DNA of 63,902 bases, the filler included, from Octopus bimaculoides (taxonomy: Eukaryota): assembly GCF_001194135.2 (NCBI RefSeq). It is 6 parts of 6 records of this genome, joined end to end, with 100 filler letters (N's around TTAATTAATTAA, not from the genome) between each part and the next. Parts side by side here need not be neighbours in the genome. Positions count along the whole stretch, not along the records: positions 33,966 to 61,162 come from NC_068981.1; 5 more parts are not named here. One strand, 5' to 3'. The translations under genes were made by a program, and so were the position numbers. Of the stretch, positions 37,811 to 51,705 are shown piece by piece; within the stretch, counting starts at the first letter, position 1; each line of letters starts with the position of its first letter. Under the pieces are notes generated by a model. The model was given only the letters and a program-made list of their open reading frames with translations. It made no database searches and was not told the origin of the DNA.

Positions 37811-39030
37811 TACATGCTTAGGTGCATTATGTTGCCATAGGGTTTTCTCCCCTGTAGCTGCGGGCTCACTGTGTTGCATTGAAAGGGGAGAAAATTTGTT
37901 TGGCAACATTATGCTTCTCCAGCATGCTAAAGGTTAATATAATTCAACTAGTAACACCACCCCATTCTTGTATATAAATACAGGAATAAGAAAAAGAAAA
38001 CACAGTGCCTCTATATTTACTAAAACTGAACAAATGTCTTTACATATAAGCAAATAGGAAATGTCCTTATAGATAGAAAATATCCATAAACAAATCTCCT
38101 TCTTTGATGAGCTTTTAAATGTTCATCAACCTAAGTAGCTCTAAATAAGAATTACTGCATATAAAACTGCCCAGCATGGCTGCAACCTCAAGGTTGAAAC
38201 ATATAAAAGAATAACAGTGGGTATCCCAATTGATTAGTAGACCACACCATAGAACAATACAAAAGCAAAACCTAATGGCCAATAAAAATACCCATATGAT
38301 GCATTTCATGTACTACAATAACCAAATGCACCCTGGGTATGGAATGAATGAACACAATTAAAACACATGTATCACACTATTTTCTAACACAAATTTAGTC
38401 TCAGAAATTCAAGACTGAAAAACCTCATTAACACTAAACCACAAACTAATTAAATACAGATCATACTTCAAACTACCAATGTAATACTTAAATTCTAATG
38501 TAAACATGAAGGTTATAAACTTCATTAATAAAACTGCTATATTGGTCATACAAGTATAACACTTGACTGGGCATTTACAAAAAGGAGTTGTGATGCATTA
38601 GAAACACAGGCAACAAAAATCAAACGAAAACACAAAGCCAAGAACACAACAATTCTGTATAGGATTCCATAAGAAATGAGAAGAGTATCATTGCCAATAG
38701 AAAAATATAAACCAAAAATCAACACAGATAGAAAACAAATTAATTATAACAACTAGATTTAACCATTGCATAATTTTTAAATCCTACATTGTCTAAATGA
38801 AAAATCACCAGCTCTCGCATGATCCTTTTGATCCAATGCAAAGAGTGCAAAAACACACCATTCATTTTATAATCATTTGATTTTGAGCATCAGCTGAGAT
38901 AATTTCAAAACATTCATGGATTAAAGAATATAAGAATGCTAATGTTCCAAAATGAACATAAAGGATTAATAAAGAAAAATGAAAAATCCTTAATAAAAGA
39001 GTTCAAGCTCAAACATAGTCATTGTCTTCC

Positions 39031-39074
<44 letters not shown>

Positions 39075-39496
39075 TTTAAATTTTGACAGAGCCAATAGTT
39101 TTTGAGAGGAGGAGGAAGTTGATTACATCAACTGCAGTCCTTGACTGGTTTTATTTAATCAACCCTAGAAGGATGAAAGACAAAGTCATCCTTGGTGGAA
39201 TTTGAGCTCAGAACACGAAGACAGATGGAATGCCAAGCATTTTGTCTGGTATACTAATAGTTCTGCTCACTCACTGCCTTAATAATAATAGTCCTTTCTA
39301 CTTTAAGTACACAGTATGAAATTTGGGGGGAGGGGGCTTGTTGATTACATTGCCCCCAGTGCTCAATTGATACCTATTTCCTCAACCTGGAAAGAATGAA
39401 AAGCAAAGACAACCTCAGTGGCATTTAAACTCAAAATGGATGAAGTGTTGCTAAGCATTTTGTTCAGTGTGCTAACAATTCTGCCAGAGCTCACCA

Positions 39497-39528
<32 letters not shown>

Positions 39529-39760
39529 TTAAAGGAAATAAGAAAAAAAATAATAATGGTTTCAAACTTTGCCATAAGGCCAGAATTTAAGAGGAGAAGT
39601 GAAGTCAGTTACATCAACCCCAGTACTGAACTGGCACTTTAATTTATCAACCCCAAAAGAATGGCAAGCAAAGTTGTCTTTTGCGGGATTTGAGCACAGA
39701 ACATAAAGAGCTAGAAGAAATGCCACTAAGCATTTTCTCTGACACACAAATGACTCTCAC
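39075..39760 (-). mobile_element. Tandem array of three degenerate SINE family A copies separated by (AAT)n
   Basis: Copies at ~39075-39280, 39300-39500, 39558-39760. Confidence 0.8.
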
Positions 39761-39774
39761 TAACTTCTGAGAAA

Positions 39775-41520
39775 TAAAACAATTATCAGAAACTGCAAAA
39801 AGGAGACTAGTTTGACTGGCTGTAACATGTATTGAATGACAAGAAAGCTTATGACATGGTCCTCCTCCCATGGATTGTCAAATATCTGAACCTCTTCAAA
39901 TTCACCCAAAGATAAAGAATATGATTGAAAACAGTATGAAATCATGGAGAACTGAGTAAGCATTTTGTGGAATATCCTTAGGGATGGTTGAAATAAAACA
40001 TGTTATCTTTCAAAGGGGATACCATGTCACATGCTATTCATATTATTGCTGTTACCCATTTCCACTTATTCTAAACAAAGAAGCAGGCTATCATTTTGGA
40101 AAGGGCAAAAGAACCCATAAATCATCTACTATTTTATGGTTGACCTCAAGCTCTTGGGCAGGGCAGAGAAACAACTAGATGATGAATTCTGTTAGAATTT
40201 TCACTGAAAACATTAAAATGGAGTTTGAGATATGCAAGTGTGGAGTTTCACTGATAAAAAAGTGAAAATACCATCACTGGAATGGAATCAAACTTCCAAA
40301 CAAAGAAACAATGAGAGATAGACCTGTAAGGAGGATACAGATATCTTGATATGCTAAGAGATCAATAGCATCAAGGATAAAATGATGAAAGACAAACATC
40401 AAACAAATATTATAGGAGGGTTAGAAAGATTCTAAATTAGTGCCCAACAGTCTGGAGTTTATAGCTGTGATTGTATTCAGACTGGTGTCAGTCATCTGGT
40501 ATAGTGCAGGCATCATCAAATGGACAAAGGAGAAATAGGCGCAGAGAATGAAGGAACTCTTGACAATATACAGAGCGCTGCACCTCCACTGACCAGAGAA
40601 TGAGGAAACTCTTGACAATGTACAGAGCACTGCACCCCTCATCTGATATAGATAGGCAAAATGCCAAGTGGAGAAAAGGGGAAAGTAGAATTCTAAGTGT
40701 TAAAGATTGTGTAACTACAGAAATAAACAATTTCCAAGAATATACAGAGACAAATTGTGAACAACTCTTGAAAGCATTTGTGGAAGAAAGCATTTGAGGA
40801 GCAAAGAAATGAAAATTATATCAAGTAAATTTAAACAAACCAAAAAAAAAAATCCCCCACATAGACAATCCTACTGGAGTACAAAGAGCAACTGTGACAG
40901 CAAAAGACGGGATTGGCTGAAGAGAGCTGACCTAAAAAGAGAAACCAAAGGGCTGATCATAGCATTGCAAGGTCAAACAAACTCTTACGATAAGACACAT
41001 TAGGAAAGTGATTGGCCAAGAGAACATCAGTGGAAAGAACAGACATTGTAATACATGGGATGAGACAGTTGTACATATAGTGAGTGAATACTTGAAATTC
41101 ACACAAAAATAAATACTTCATAAAACAATGCAGAAAGATAATACAAACTCGAAAAGGTCCTAGTGAATTTAGTAACTGAAGATACTGTGAAGCATGAAGG
41201 TTCAGATTGACAACCCAACAAAGCATACTAGTCCTGGACTAGTATGCTTCTTAGATAAGAAGGGAGCCTTCCTCTTGGTAGATATAGCATGTCTTTTTCA
41301 TTGAAAAGCGACTGAGAAGGAAACAGATAAGATTGACACCAAAGCTTGTAAATTGAAATTGGAAGAATATGATACTGCAAGAAGGTTTGAGTCATTTCTA
41401 TCAATGTAAAGTCATCCAGTACAGTGACCAGCAGACTGAAAGGATGGGTGAAAGAAGATTGGGATTTTAAGTTGATACACCATTGCTTCAAAAAGGGACA
41501 GGGAGAATAATAAAAAGATA
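39775..41520 (+). mobile_element. Decayed R4/Dong-like (RLE-type) non-LTR retrotransposon
   Basis: By-eye D.KKAYDMV...WI, IFQG(D).S..LF, NHLL.MVDLKL, RKLLTMYRALHPSSDIDR, KRETKGLIIALQ; internal ~53-bp duplication near 40540-40650. Confidence 0.8.
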
Positions 41521-41742
41521 ATAAAAAGGTTTTTAGGTAACTGAAATCACATAGAAAATGCACCTGCTAAATTACGTCTGTAAAGCTGTGGATTGGGGGA
41601 AAAAATAAATAAAATGATAACAATAATAATAATAATAATATAATTACATTCAGAAATAGTTCTATTCAGCAACAATGTTAACGTTTCTTTTATTGTTGAA
41701 ATTGTAACAACAACTACTACTACTACTACCACCACCACCACC

Positions 41743-41777
<35 letters not shown>

Positions 41778-42051
41778 CACTACTACTACTACTCAATGAA
41801 AATCCTTTGCATACAACTTCCTTTTCAGTTTGCCTTTTCTCTCTTCCCTGTCTGGGTATTTATGTAATTATTTTTTACTTTGTTTACCGCTTCTGTACTT
41901 CATTCTATTTATGTATCTATTGCTTGCTAGCTTACTCGCAATTATGTCTCTTCTTCTTTCTACCTATCTTTATCTCTCTTTCATTCACTCCCCTCCTTTA
42001 TCAGAGTTCTACTATACACTGATGCATCTATTTATATGCCTGTCTAACCAA

Positions 42052-42089
<38 letters not shown>

Positions 42090-42458
42090 CTGTCTCTCTC
42101 TCTGTCTCTCTCTCTGTCTCTCTCTCTCNNNNNNNNNNNNNNNNNNNNNNNNNNNNNNNNNNNNNNNNNNNNNNNNNNNNNNNNNNNNNNNNNNNNNNNN
42201 NNNNNNNNNNNNNNNNNNNNNNNNNNNNNNNNNNNNNNNNNNNNNNNNNNNNNNNNNNNNNNNNNNNNNNNNNNNNNNNNNNNNNNNNNNNNNNNNNNNN
42301 NNNNNNNNNNNNNNNNNNNNNNNNNNNNNNNNNNNNNNNNNNNNNNNNNNNNNNNNNNNNNNNNNNNNNNNNNNNNNNNNNNNNNNNNNNNNNNNNNNNN
42401 NNNNNNNNNNNNNNNNNNNNNNNNNNNNNNNNNNNNNNNNNNNNNNNNNNNNNNNNNN

Positions 42459-42493
<35 letters not shown>

Positions 42494-42734
42494 TATGAAG
42501 ACATCCATATACATATGCATGAGTGTGTATATGTGTGTGTGTTTTTATTTTCCAAGATTCTTGATGTGAACACGTGCGTTGAAACAGATATTGTTATACG
42601 TGGAGATGGTCTTTTTTATTTTTTTGTTTTTGTTTTTGCCAAATAAACACATGCACTATTTATTCAATCTTCACTTTGGTTTTTGTTCATATTATTTTTA
42701 GTTTATATGTCTGTCAAAGTTCTTTCGTCAGCAT

Positions 42735-43088
42735 CATAGCTTCCCACTTGTGGGCAATTTCAACTTACAGGTGGGCGATTGGGCAAATTTCTATTAAACG
42801 GTGGGTGATTTGAGATTTTGGTGGGCGATGTGAACATTTTGTGGGTGACAAAGAAGTTTTAGAAATCAAGTGTGCATTTACCTATATCTAGGCATGCCTA
42901 GAATAAGGATGCACTTTTATCGATTTGCCTACTTGCATGAGATATCCCTTTGTATTAAAAAAAAGCAGACTTGTTTATTGATCGAATATTTTTGTTGCAC
43001 AATCATTGAGATGGTTGTCATGTGTGCTAAAAATAGCAGCAAAGTAGCCTAGGCCTTAAATCACACTCCACCACAATTNNNNNNNNNN

Positions 43089-43124
<36 letters not shown>

Positions 43125-45702
43125 ATACAATTTCGCAAAAATTTTCTGAAAACTGAAAAATAAAAAAAGTTACGAGGGATTATATGTCGTCCGTAATTCT
43201 ACAGTTTCACATCAAAGCACAAGTGCTATTTTCAGTCATGCACAGAATGACGGCATTGAAATAGTGTTTCTTGACTGGGTGAAAATGATCAAACGTTAAA
43301 CCTCTATTACTTTTTAAAATCATTTTTCTATAAAAAGTTGAATAACTCCAGCAATTTAGCTTGGAAAGGTATATTAATGTACCAAATTTTAAAATTTCCA
43401 ATAAACTTTAATTTTTGAAATGCTGGCAGCCAAACGAACTAGATCTGTATTTGCTCCAGTAAAGACGTGTCATCTGACTCTGCTCTATCAACTTCTCTTT
43501 GGGAATACCATACTACCTTTCTGATGCTGTCTGTAGAAATTTGTTTTCACGTTTTCACTTTACAGATGCCTCCAGTCAAGAAAATTTGTTGACAGTAGAG
43601 TAGTGATTATTTATCATTTGAATTTATTCCCTCTCCTCAGAACTGTCAGTTACCAATGTGCCTTCTTTGCCATCAAACATTGACCAATGAAGCAATGAAA
43701 CCTTCACGCTTGAAGTATCACTTTGATGCAAAGCATTCTGACAAGAAGAACAAGCTGTTGTCATACTTTTTGCAACTGAGCTCCTCTTTCAAAAAGTAAA
43801 TACAAACATTCAACACGCTACTCTAGGAAACTAGTAAACAGGAGAATGATAAGTTGATTGCATCATACAACATTGCATTGTTTGTTGCTAAGTCTGGAAA
43901 GTCTCACACAATTGGAGAAACATTGAAGAGGTTTTGTTAACCGTTATGCACGAAAATCCCGATAACATTATGAAGAAGATTCCACTTAGTAATAACACAA
44001 TTTCTCAATGCATTGATGAAATGGTCAACACTGTCAAACTCATTAATATTCTCCAGTGTTCTGAATTTTCTATACAAGTGGATGAGTCAAATGTTGTGGA
44101 CAGTCAATGTTTGATGATGGTGTATGTCTGGTATTTCAGCAAAGACCGTCAACCTTGTGAGGAAATGCTGTTCTCAGAGAAATTGCTGCTTGATTCAAAA
44201 GGTGCAGCTATTTTTCTCATTCTCAAGTCTTTCCTTTTTGAACATAATATCCAACATAGTAATATTCTTGCCTGTGCATCTGATGGAGCCCCTTCAATGA
44301 TAGGAAGATACAGAGGTTTTTCATCTCTCCTAAAGCATGAAATTTCCCACCAGATACTAACTGTTCATTGCTTGGCACACTAGCAGCATTTAGTGGCAAA
44401 AAATATTAATGGTAGTTTGAATGATGTGAACAGATTGTGAACAGATTGAAATCCAGTCTGTGAACAGATTGAAATCCAGTCCCTTGTCTGATCGAATTTT
44501 CCGTCAACTCTGAGAAATGATGAGGACCATACTAAACTCTTATACCATACCGAAGTACAGTGGCTGTCAAAAAGAAACTGTTTTACACTTTGTTGAACTG
44601 TTTCATATAATCATATCTTTCTTTGAAGATACTCCAGTATCCGATTCATTGATGGTTGCAAGGTGCGATATCTTTTTTGTTTGTGGTATAATTACGAAAC
44701 TAAATGATTTGAATAAGTTATTGTAAGGAAACAGAAAAACTCTCGATTGTAAATCATTTATCACTAACTTCATTTCGAAATTGATGCTGTGTATGACTAA
44801 CATTTCAAAACATCAATTCACTCAATTTCCATAACTTGATTCTTTGAAAGATGAATTGGTTGATGAGGATTTAACTACATATCACATTTCAAGATGTTAT
44901 TGTGCTGAATATTCCAAATTAGTATAGCAATCCATTTGAGGTCGATGCAGTTGATTGCAAGGATGATGTTCAGGAGGAATTGATAGAATTACAAAATGAC
45001 AATGACATCACAATGCAATATCACTGTAATGGCAAAGAAGGTTTGTGGTACCAACAGAGTATATTGAATTCTTACCCCATTCTGTGGAACCATCTGAAAT
45101 TACTTTTGCTTGCCTTCCCTTCCTCATACCTCGTTGAATCCAGTTTTAACCATGTTGGAACTTTATTTTCCCATAAAAGAATTGGACTGGGTGTGACACA
45201 ATGAAGAGACTTGCAGCTAAAGTTGACAAGTTTGAAACCGAATGTATCGGCACTAGCTGCATTGCACCAGACACATGGTTCTCGTTAAAAAGTTGTATTC
45301 TTTTCCTTTATAATTCAATCATTATCTATATTTGCATCGGTTGTTCTGATCAATGGTTCATTTGGGGAAAATAAAAATCAGTGTAAAAGAAAGCACAAGT
45401 TTTCAGAAGTTAATCTGTCTGCATCATATAGAGTTAACATTAGAATTTTATTCACACTAATGGCAAAACTAAACCCACAATAAGGGATTTGTAAACAACC
45501 GCATATTTAGTTCAAACAACACTAACAGGGCAACGAGTCTACAATATAGTGTGTGTGTCAAATGATACGAGGAGGGATTCTCCTAGGGGATTTAATGTTG
45601 GGGGGATGTCAGGGTGTTTTTTACATAGGTGGGTGATGGAGCATTTTTTGGCCAATAGGTGGGTGATATTGCAATTTGGCATGAAAAGTTTGGGAAACAC
45701 CG
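42735..45702 (+). mobile_element. Full-length decayed hAT DNA transposon (Buster/Charlie; ZBED5/SCAND3-like transposase), ~2.97 kb
   Basis: Flanks gtcagcat (42727-34) / gtcaacat (45703-10), a 7/8 TSD; degenerate TIRs catagcttccca / tgggaaacaccg; subterminal ggtggg(c/t)gat repeats at both ends; BED finger PMCLLC...MKPSRLK.H..KH, FSIQVDES, SDGAPSMIG, VHCLAH, FPSSYLVESSF; stops and frameshifts. Confidence 0.9.
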
Positions 45703-45712
45703 GTCAACATTG

Positions 45713-45820
45713 TGACCTCATCAGTGACTCTGTGTTCCATGTGTCTCCTCTTGTCCTGCTTATTTCAGGACAAGCAAGTCAAGAAGAGACACACGGGACA
45801 GAAAGTCACTGATGAGGTCA
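45713..45820. other. 108-nt fold-back hairpin (MITE-like or pre-miRNA-like)
   Basis: 17-bp perfect outer stem tgacctcatcagtgact/agtcactgatgaggtca, extending to ~41 bp with 4 mismatches and further weak pairing toward a ~10-nt loop. Confidence 0.85.
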
Positions 45821-47254
45821 GAGGATGTGCTACAAAAGAACTGTGACAGACATATAAACTAAAAATAACACGAATAAAAACTAAACTTTAGATTGAATAA
45901 AAAGTGCATGTGTTTAATTGGCAAAAGCAAAAAAAAATTACCATCCCTAAGTATATCAATATATATATAAATCTGTATATGGAGTTGATAAAATCCAGGC
46001 TATGAGTAGCCTCGATATTATCTATTCCATTCCCCAAATTTGGATTTTTATTCACATACACAGCAACCCCAGTTCCTCTCCGTGAACTATAAAATAACTT
46101 TTTTCAACTTATTGGACTTCATTATGGGAAAAATTTACAACCTTCTACATCAATAAACCACTATTGTTCCTGAAAGTTGGTTTTTTTATACCTTCTACAA
46201 ACTGCTCAAAGCTCACTAACTTCCTCCACCTTGATCCTTGGATCTTACCTTTACATATATATATTTATTGTTAGGAAGTGAAAAGTTATGGCCTGTCATA
46301 GAATGATCATTGGTTTTGATTTATAAAGCACTTAGCAGTATAAACAATGAGTCTATAGGTGTGAAACCAATGGTTACTTTATGACCAGCCATAACATTTA
46401 ACTTCCTAAAAAATATATGCTGCTCTAATGCTTTATAGTGTGCTTCTTTTTTAGGTATATGAACTACTGATGATATATATATATATCGTTGTTGCCATCA
46501 TCATCATCTTTTAATGTCCCTCTTCCATGCTGGCATGAGTTGGATGATTATATGATGGGATCTAATGGATTGGAGAACTATGTCATGTTTCAATGTCTAC
46601 TTGAGAATGGCTTCTATGACTGAATAACCTTCCTAATGCCAGCTACTTTACAGAATGTACTGGGGTTTTTATTTTGCCATGTTACTCGCAAAACTTAAGA
46701 TCCCTTATGATTAAGTGAGACAACAGTAGAGAGGCAAGCAGTTTTATGTTAGATGACGAGCAATTAAGGTATCAATGAAGGAGCAAGAACAGATATCTTG
46801 CTTAAGAGGAAATATATAGCTACTCTCACATTATACAAGAATGGGTGGAAATAACTATGATGGAGCTGGAAAGAGAGAGACAAAAACGGTGGTGATAACG
46901 TGTGAAGATGAGCCTTCAAGGTACAAGAAAGTGAAAAGAAGAGAGTGGGAACAACAGAAAAGTTGAGTGGGTAGACATTGCAAAAGTGTATTGGTGGAGT
47001 AAGAGATAGTTAGAGATGGGGCAGGAGTGTGGTGTGAATATAATGAACAAAGGTGGAGGGGTGTCAATGATAATTATGACTTGGAGGGTAGGTGCTGACT
47101 GGAGAGATTGGGTACAGTGAGGTGAGGTGGATGAAGTGAATGGTGAACAAGGGCAGAAGGGTGATCAGTGATACATATGAGTTAAAGGGAAGGTAGAGGA
47201 GTTAGATGATGACTGGCAGAAAGATGAACAGTAAAATAGTAAAGCATAATATAG

Positions 47255-47615
47255 TACATGGTTCCGGGTTCAGTCCCACTGCGTGGCACCTTGGGCAAGT
47301 GTCTTCTACTATAGCCTCGGGCCGACCAAAGCCTTGTGAGTGGATTTGGTAGACGAAAACTGAAAGAAGCCTGTCATATATATGTATATATATGTATGTG
47401 TGTGTATATGTTTGCGTGTCTGTGTTTGTCCCCCCAACATCACTTGACAACCAATGCTGGTGTGTTTACGTCCCCGTAACTTAGCGGTTCGGCAAAAGAG
47501 ACCAATAGAATAAGTACTAGGCTTCCAAAGAATAAGTCCTGGGGTCGATTTGCTCGACTAAATGCGGTGCTCCAGCATGGCCACAGTCAAATGACTGAAA
47601 CAAGTAAAAGAATAT
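47255..47615 (+). mobile_element. Young SINE family B copy
   Basis: B-box ggttccgggttcagtccc, core ggcaccttgggcaagtg, 3' ggtgctccagcatggccacagtcaaatgactgaaac; CpGs retained. Confidence 0.85.
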
Positions 47616-49724
47616 ACATGAGATATATATGAGAGAAAAAAATGTGAAGTATGGGTGACTAGGTTGCAAAAGTGTGAGGAGAAAGGCAAACATAGAAGAG
47701 TGATCAATATAAAATGAGAGTGGAGAAGGATAATGTTTAGATGGGTGTCAAGTGAAGTGGTTCTAGATAGTGAGAAAGGTCATAAAAACAGATTTGTAGT
47801 GTTTTTTACAGAGAAATAACTAAATTAGCTTTGTGGAAAACATGTCTAGCTATAGGAAAATATACCTGGCTTTGAAACAAGTAAGGGTTGGTGATAGGAA
47901 GGGCATCTGGCCATAGAAAATCTGCCTCACCAAATTCCATCTGACCCTTGCAAAAAGTAGCTATTAAATGATGATGTTGCCTGTAAAAATAAATTTGGCA
48001 AACATAAGAGTAAATTGTGTCCAAATGGTATGTACAGTGTTTGATATAGGTGTCATGGTGATAGGCTACAACATGAAGAAAATGCAGATCAAACTGCAAG
48101 AAAAGACAAAAAAAAAATGACAGAAATATCCATTATCAACTTGACTTTTAAATAACCAGTTTAAATAAATAAATAAAAACCTTCAAGAATTTTTCTTGTG
48201 TCTTAGGCTGTTTTATATTAATGGCTGCATTGTTTAGCTTCTTTGTGAAAGCCTTTTAACCTCTTTAGGAACAGCTAAAACTTTACACCGCTTTCTAGAC
48301 CCAAGAGTGAAAGAGATGATGCTTTCTTGATACCTTTTTTTTTGTTGTTACAAGACATTTTTCTTTGAAGTAGATTTTTTTGTACTGAATGTTATCAAGA
48401 GATCCTGTCAATTTTAGGATCTCTTAGAGAGAATGCATTGGAGTGATTTCTCATTGCCTACAGCAGGCTTGTAATTGCTAATCACAATGCTGTTAATTAA
48501 ACAGTACTGCTTCTACTGCTGTCAATTAAAAGAAGTGAGCTGCAGCTATCCATGGTATTTATTTATAGTTAAATAGACTGGGCAACTACGAAGTGTCTCA
48601 GTTTGGGACACAGTGCAGTTTTGACGACTACATGAAATATTGACTGGTGGACAAACTATAGATTCAGTAAGTGACAATTGTCTAGCTCTCTCTCTCTTTC
48701 TCATATTCATTCTCACTTTGTTTGACAAAATTTTCTCTTGTTGTGGTTAAGAAAATTTGGAAAATAGAAACAAAAATTCTTTTTCTAATTTCTTAAAAAA
48801 TTTCTCCCAAGTAGTGAACAGGTTTTCAGAACAAAAGAAGAAATACAAATACACAAACTGATTGTCTTTAACTAAAGCAGCTTTTTAAAAGACAGAATAA
48901 AAGTTCTTGAAAGTTATTTATTTATTTACTGGGTCAATTCATAGTTTGATATGAATTGATTCTATACAAGCTTCGATGCTTGAAGTGGATTAAAAGTTCC
49001 TAACATTCTCTTAAAAGGTTTAGTTGTTTTACTTCATTTAATTCTAGGACTTCTAGTTTTTAACCATAGATTGTAAGCAGTAAGATGGGCTGATGGACTT
49101 AATCTTGACAGCCTGCAATAAAAAAAATCTTCAGCAGAAACCCAGTAACTAAATTCATTACAGTTTACTTAGACTTATTTTTCAGATTGAGGAATAACAA
49201 TTTCAAGAATATTTGCTTCTTATATCTTAGCCACTTGCTGAAAAATTATTTGTAAAAGATTCTATAGAAGTTGCCCTCTTCCTCCCACACATATGGATGG
49301 ACAAATATATAATCAAAGAAAAATGAAAAAGAAAACTTTATGTGAGAGCTAAGTGAAGCTTAAGCTCATATTCCTGTTCAGTGTTGCTATAGTTTCCTAA
49401 TCCTTTATTGATATCCAAACTGATTTTTATAATGCAGCTAATTAATAATTCATTATATATTAACAATGATAATTTGTTCCTAATACTCTTAACTTTAGTG
49501 GGAATATTTCCAATATCTCCATTAGACTTTTTGCTTGTTCTCTACTCACCACTATGAAAGCAGAGATGGCTCTTCACAAATGCAAGACCCATGAGTCAGA
49601 GTGGCTGTTCCAGTGCATCACCCTTACAATCTTCCTGGGCGACGCCTTTTCCATTTTGTCTGCTGGGACTATGAGGCAGTCTGAATTATAGGAAATTGAG
49701 AGAATGCAAGAATTCTGTAGCTTA

Positions 49725-49761
<37 letters not shown>

Positions 49762-50174
49762 TATACATATATGAATGTATTTATTATATTTCTGTGTCAG
49801 TCTGTCCAGTGCATTAAACAGCAAAATTAACTGCAGCTCTTCTTAGCAAATAACAACCTCTGCTCCTGAATCCTCGGGTACTTATTCAGCCAAGGGAGCT
49901 ACTATAGTTTCTAACATACAAGTCAATGTAGTGTATAGTGTAAACATGTAGAGTAAACATTCAAACATCATCACTATCTTTTCAAATCCTACTGCATTTC
50001 ACATGGAAATTTTGGTCCTTCAAAAAGTTGTTTTGATTTATAAGTAAGTTGATCTATCTTATTTTTTACTGTAAATTTTGATCTGAAAAATTCAACTTGT
50101 AGGCTGCAAAATATATAACTTAAATGGCGTGAGTTTATTTTTCCTTTCTTTTCTTATTCCAAGCATATGTAGAA

Positions 50175-50519
50175 CAGTGGTTCTCAACCATTTTTTGCCT
50201 ATAGACTTCTTTGATTATTATTCTATTCTGGTTTTGGTGGACTCCCCAAAGCCATTTGATGTGTAAAACTAGTTTTATAGATGCTCCTTTCAAAATTTCT
50301 ATTTTGCTTTTCACACTATAACTTGTGTAAGTTGAACAACATAAAATATTAGAGAAAGAAAGCTAACCGGTTCTTAGAATAAATACATCTAAAGTAGAAT
50401 TTTTTCATGAATTCTTAAAATACTACTCTGGATCCCCAATTTACTATTTTGCTTGTGTGGACACCCAAAATCTTACATGGACCCTCAAGGGTCATTCAGA
50501 CACCAGTTGAGAACCACTG
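50175..50519. mobile_element. hAT (Charlie-type) MITE, 345 bp
   Basis: TIRs cagtggttctcaac / gttgagaaccactg; flanks atgtagaa / aattagac share the TAGA core. Confidence 0.8.
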
Positions 50520-51257
50520 AATTAGACCAACATTCTGTTGGTATACTATGGTTTGATCTTTGAAGAGTTAAGGTGTGTATTAGAACTGAGACAAACTTGT
50601 AAAGCCTGGTTGAAATTAGGGTTAGGGTTATAACACTTTACTCACAGGTAAAACAACATTTTCATGTCATGTTTACTTGTCCATGTTTATATAATTATTG
50701 TGTATGTATGTATTCTATATTGTAAATGGAATTATAATAGAAGACTAAGACTATGCATTAGCCAATGCTTTTAATGTTTAGTTACTTTCTCAACACATTT
50801 TGTGCTTTATCTGTCTTCTGTGTTAACATTGGACCTTCAGAAAATCTTATTAATTACTCTCCAGTTATTCCACACTCTGCATTCAGAGCCCATATTTCTG
50901 AATTTAAACCATACTAATGATATTTATTGAAATTAAGTCAATCAGGAAGTCTCTAGGTGATCCCTCTAGCTTGACCTGCTAGAAATAGTAGCCAAATCTT
51001 TTTTTAGTCACACTCTATCATCTTAATAGAAGGGAAAGTACACTGGATAATGTAATCATAAATGCACTATGTCTGAATAAAAGGCAGGATGGTCATACTA
51101 GAACATCTTAGATCATAGATTTATCATTCAAAGTTGATCTTTAGCTAAACAACAACATGTCTGGATGTCAATTGAACTGCCAAATTATGCTCTGATTTTT
51201 ACTTGCTATATTCTTTATCATCTAGATTCAAGAATTTTCTATCTATGATACATATGT

Positions 51258-51705
51258 GCAAGTGTGGCTGTGTGGTTAAGAAGTTTGCTTCCCAACCACA
51301 TGGTTTCAGGTTCAGTCCCACTGTATAACACCTTGGGCAAGTGTTTTCTACTACAGCCCTAGGCCAACTAAAGCCTTGTGAGTGGATTTCATAGATGGAA
51401 ACTGAAAGAAGTCCATCCTATATTTATATAAGTGCATGAGGGTGAGTGTGTGTATGTTTGTATCTTTTTGTCTTGATACTGTGTGATAGTTGTAAAATGA
51501 TTGTCACTGACATACAAATAGTGTCATTCATTTCCGATCTTCTGTGGAAACATGTCTGGCCATGGAGAAATATTACCTTGCTTGGAAACAGATGAGGGTT
51601 GGCAACAACAGGAAGGACATCCAGCTGTAGAAAATCTGCTTCAATTAACTCCATCTGGCCCATGCAGACATGAAGAATTGGACGTTATAACGATGGTGAT
51701 GATGA
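51258..51705 (+). mobile_element. Composite SINE: family B head and core joined to the RTE-type tail
   Basis: gtggctgtgtggttaagaag...gaaactgaaagaag followed by ggaaggacatccagctgtagaaaatctgc...gacgttataacgatggtgatgatg. Confidence 0.75.

Noticed and set aside
43934-44383. 149-aa ORF as a domesticated ZBED/SCAND3-like gene
   Set aside because: Stops and frameshifts on both sides, and it lies inside a TIR/TSD-bounded element.
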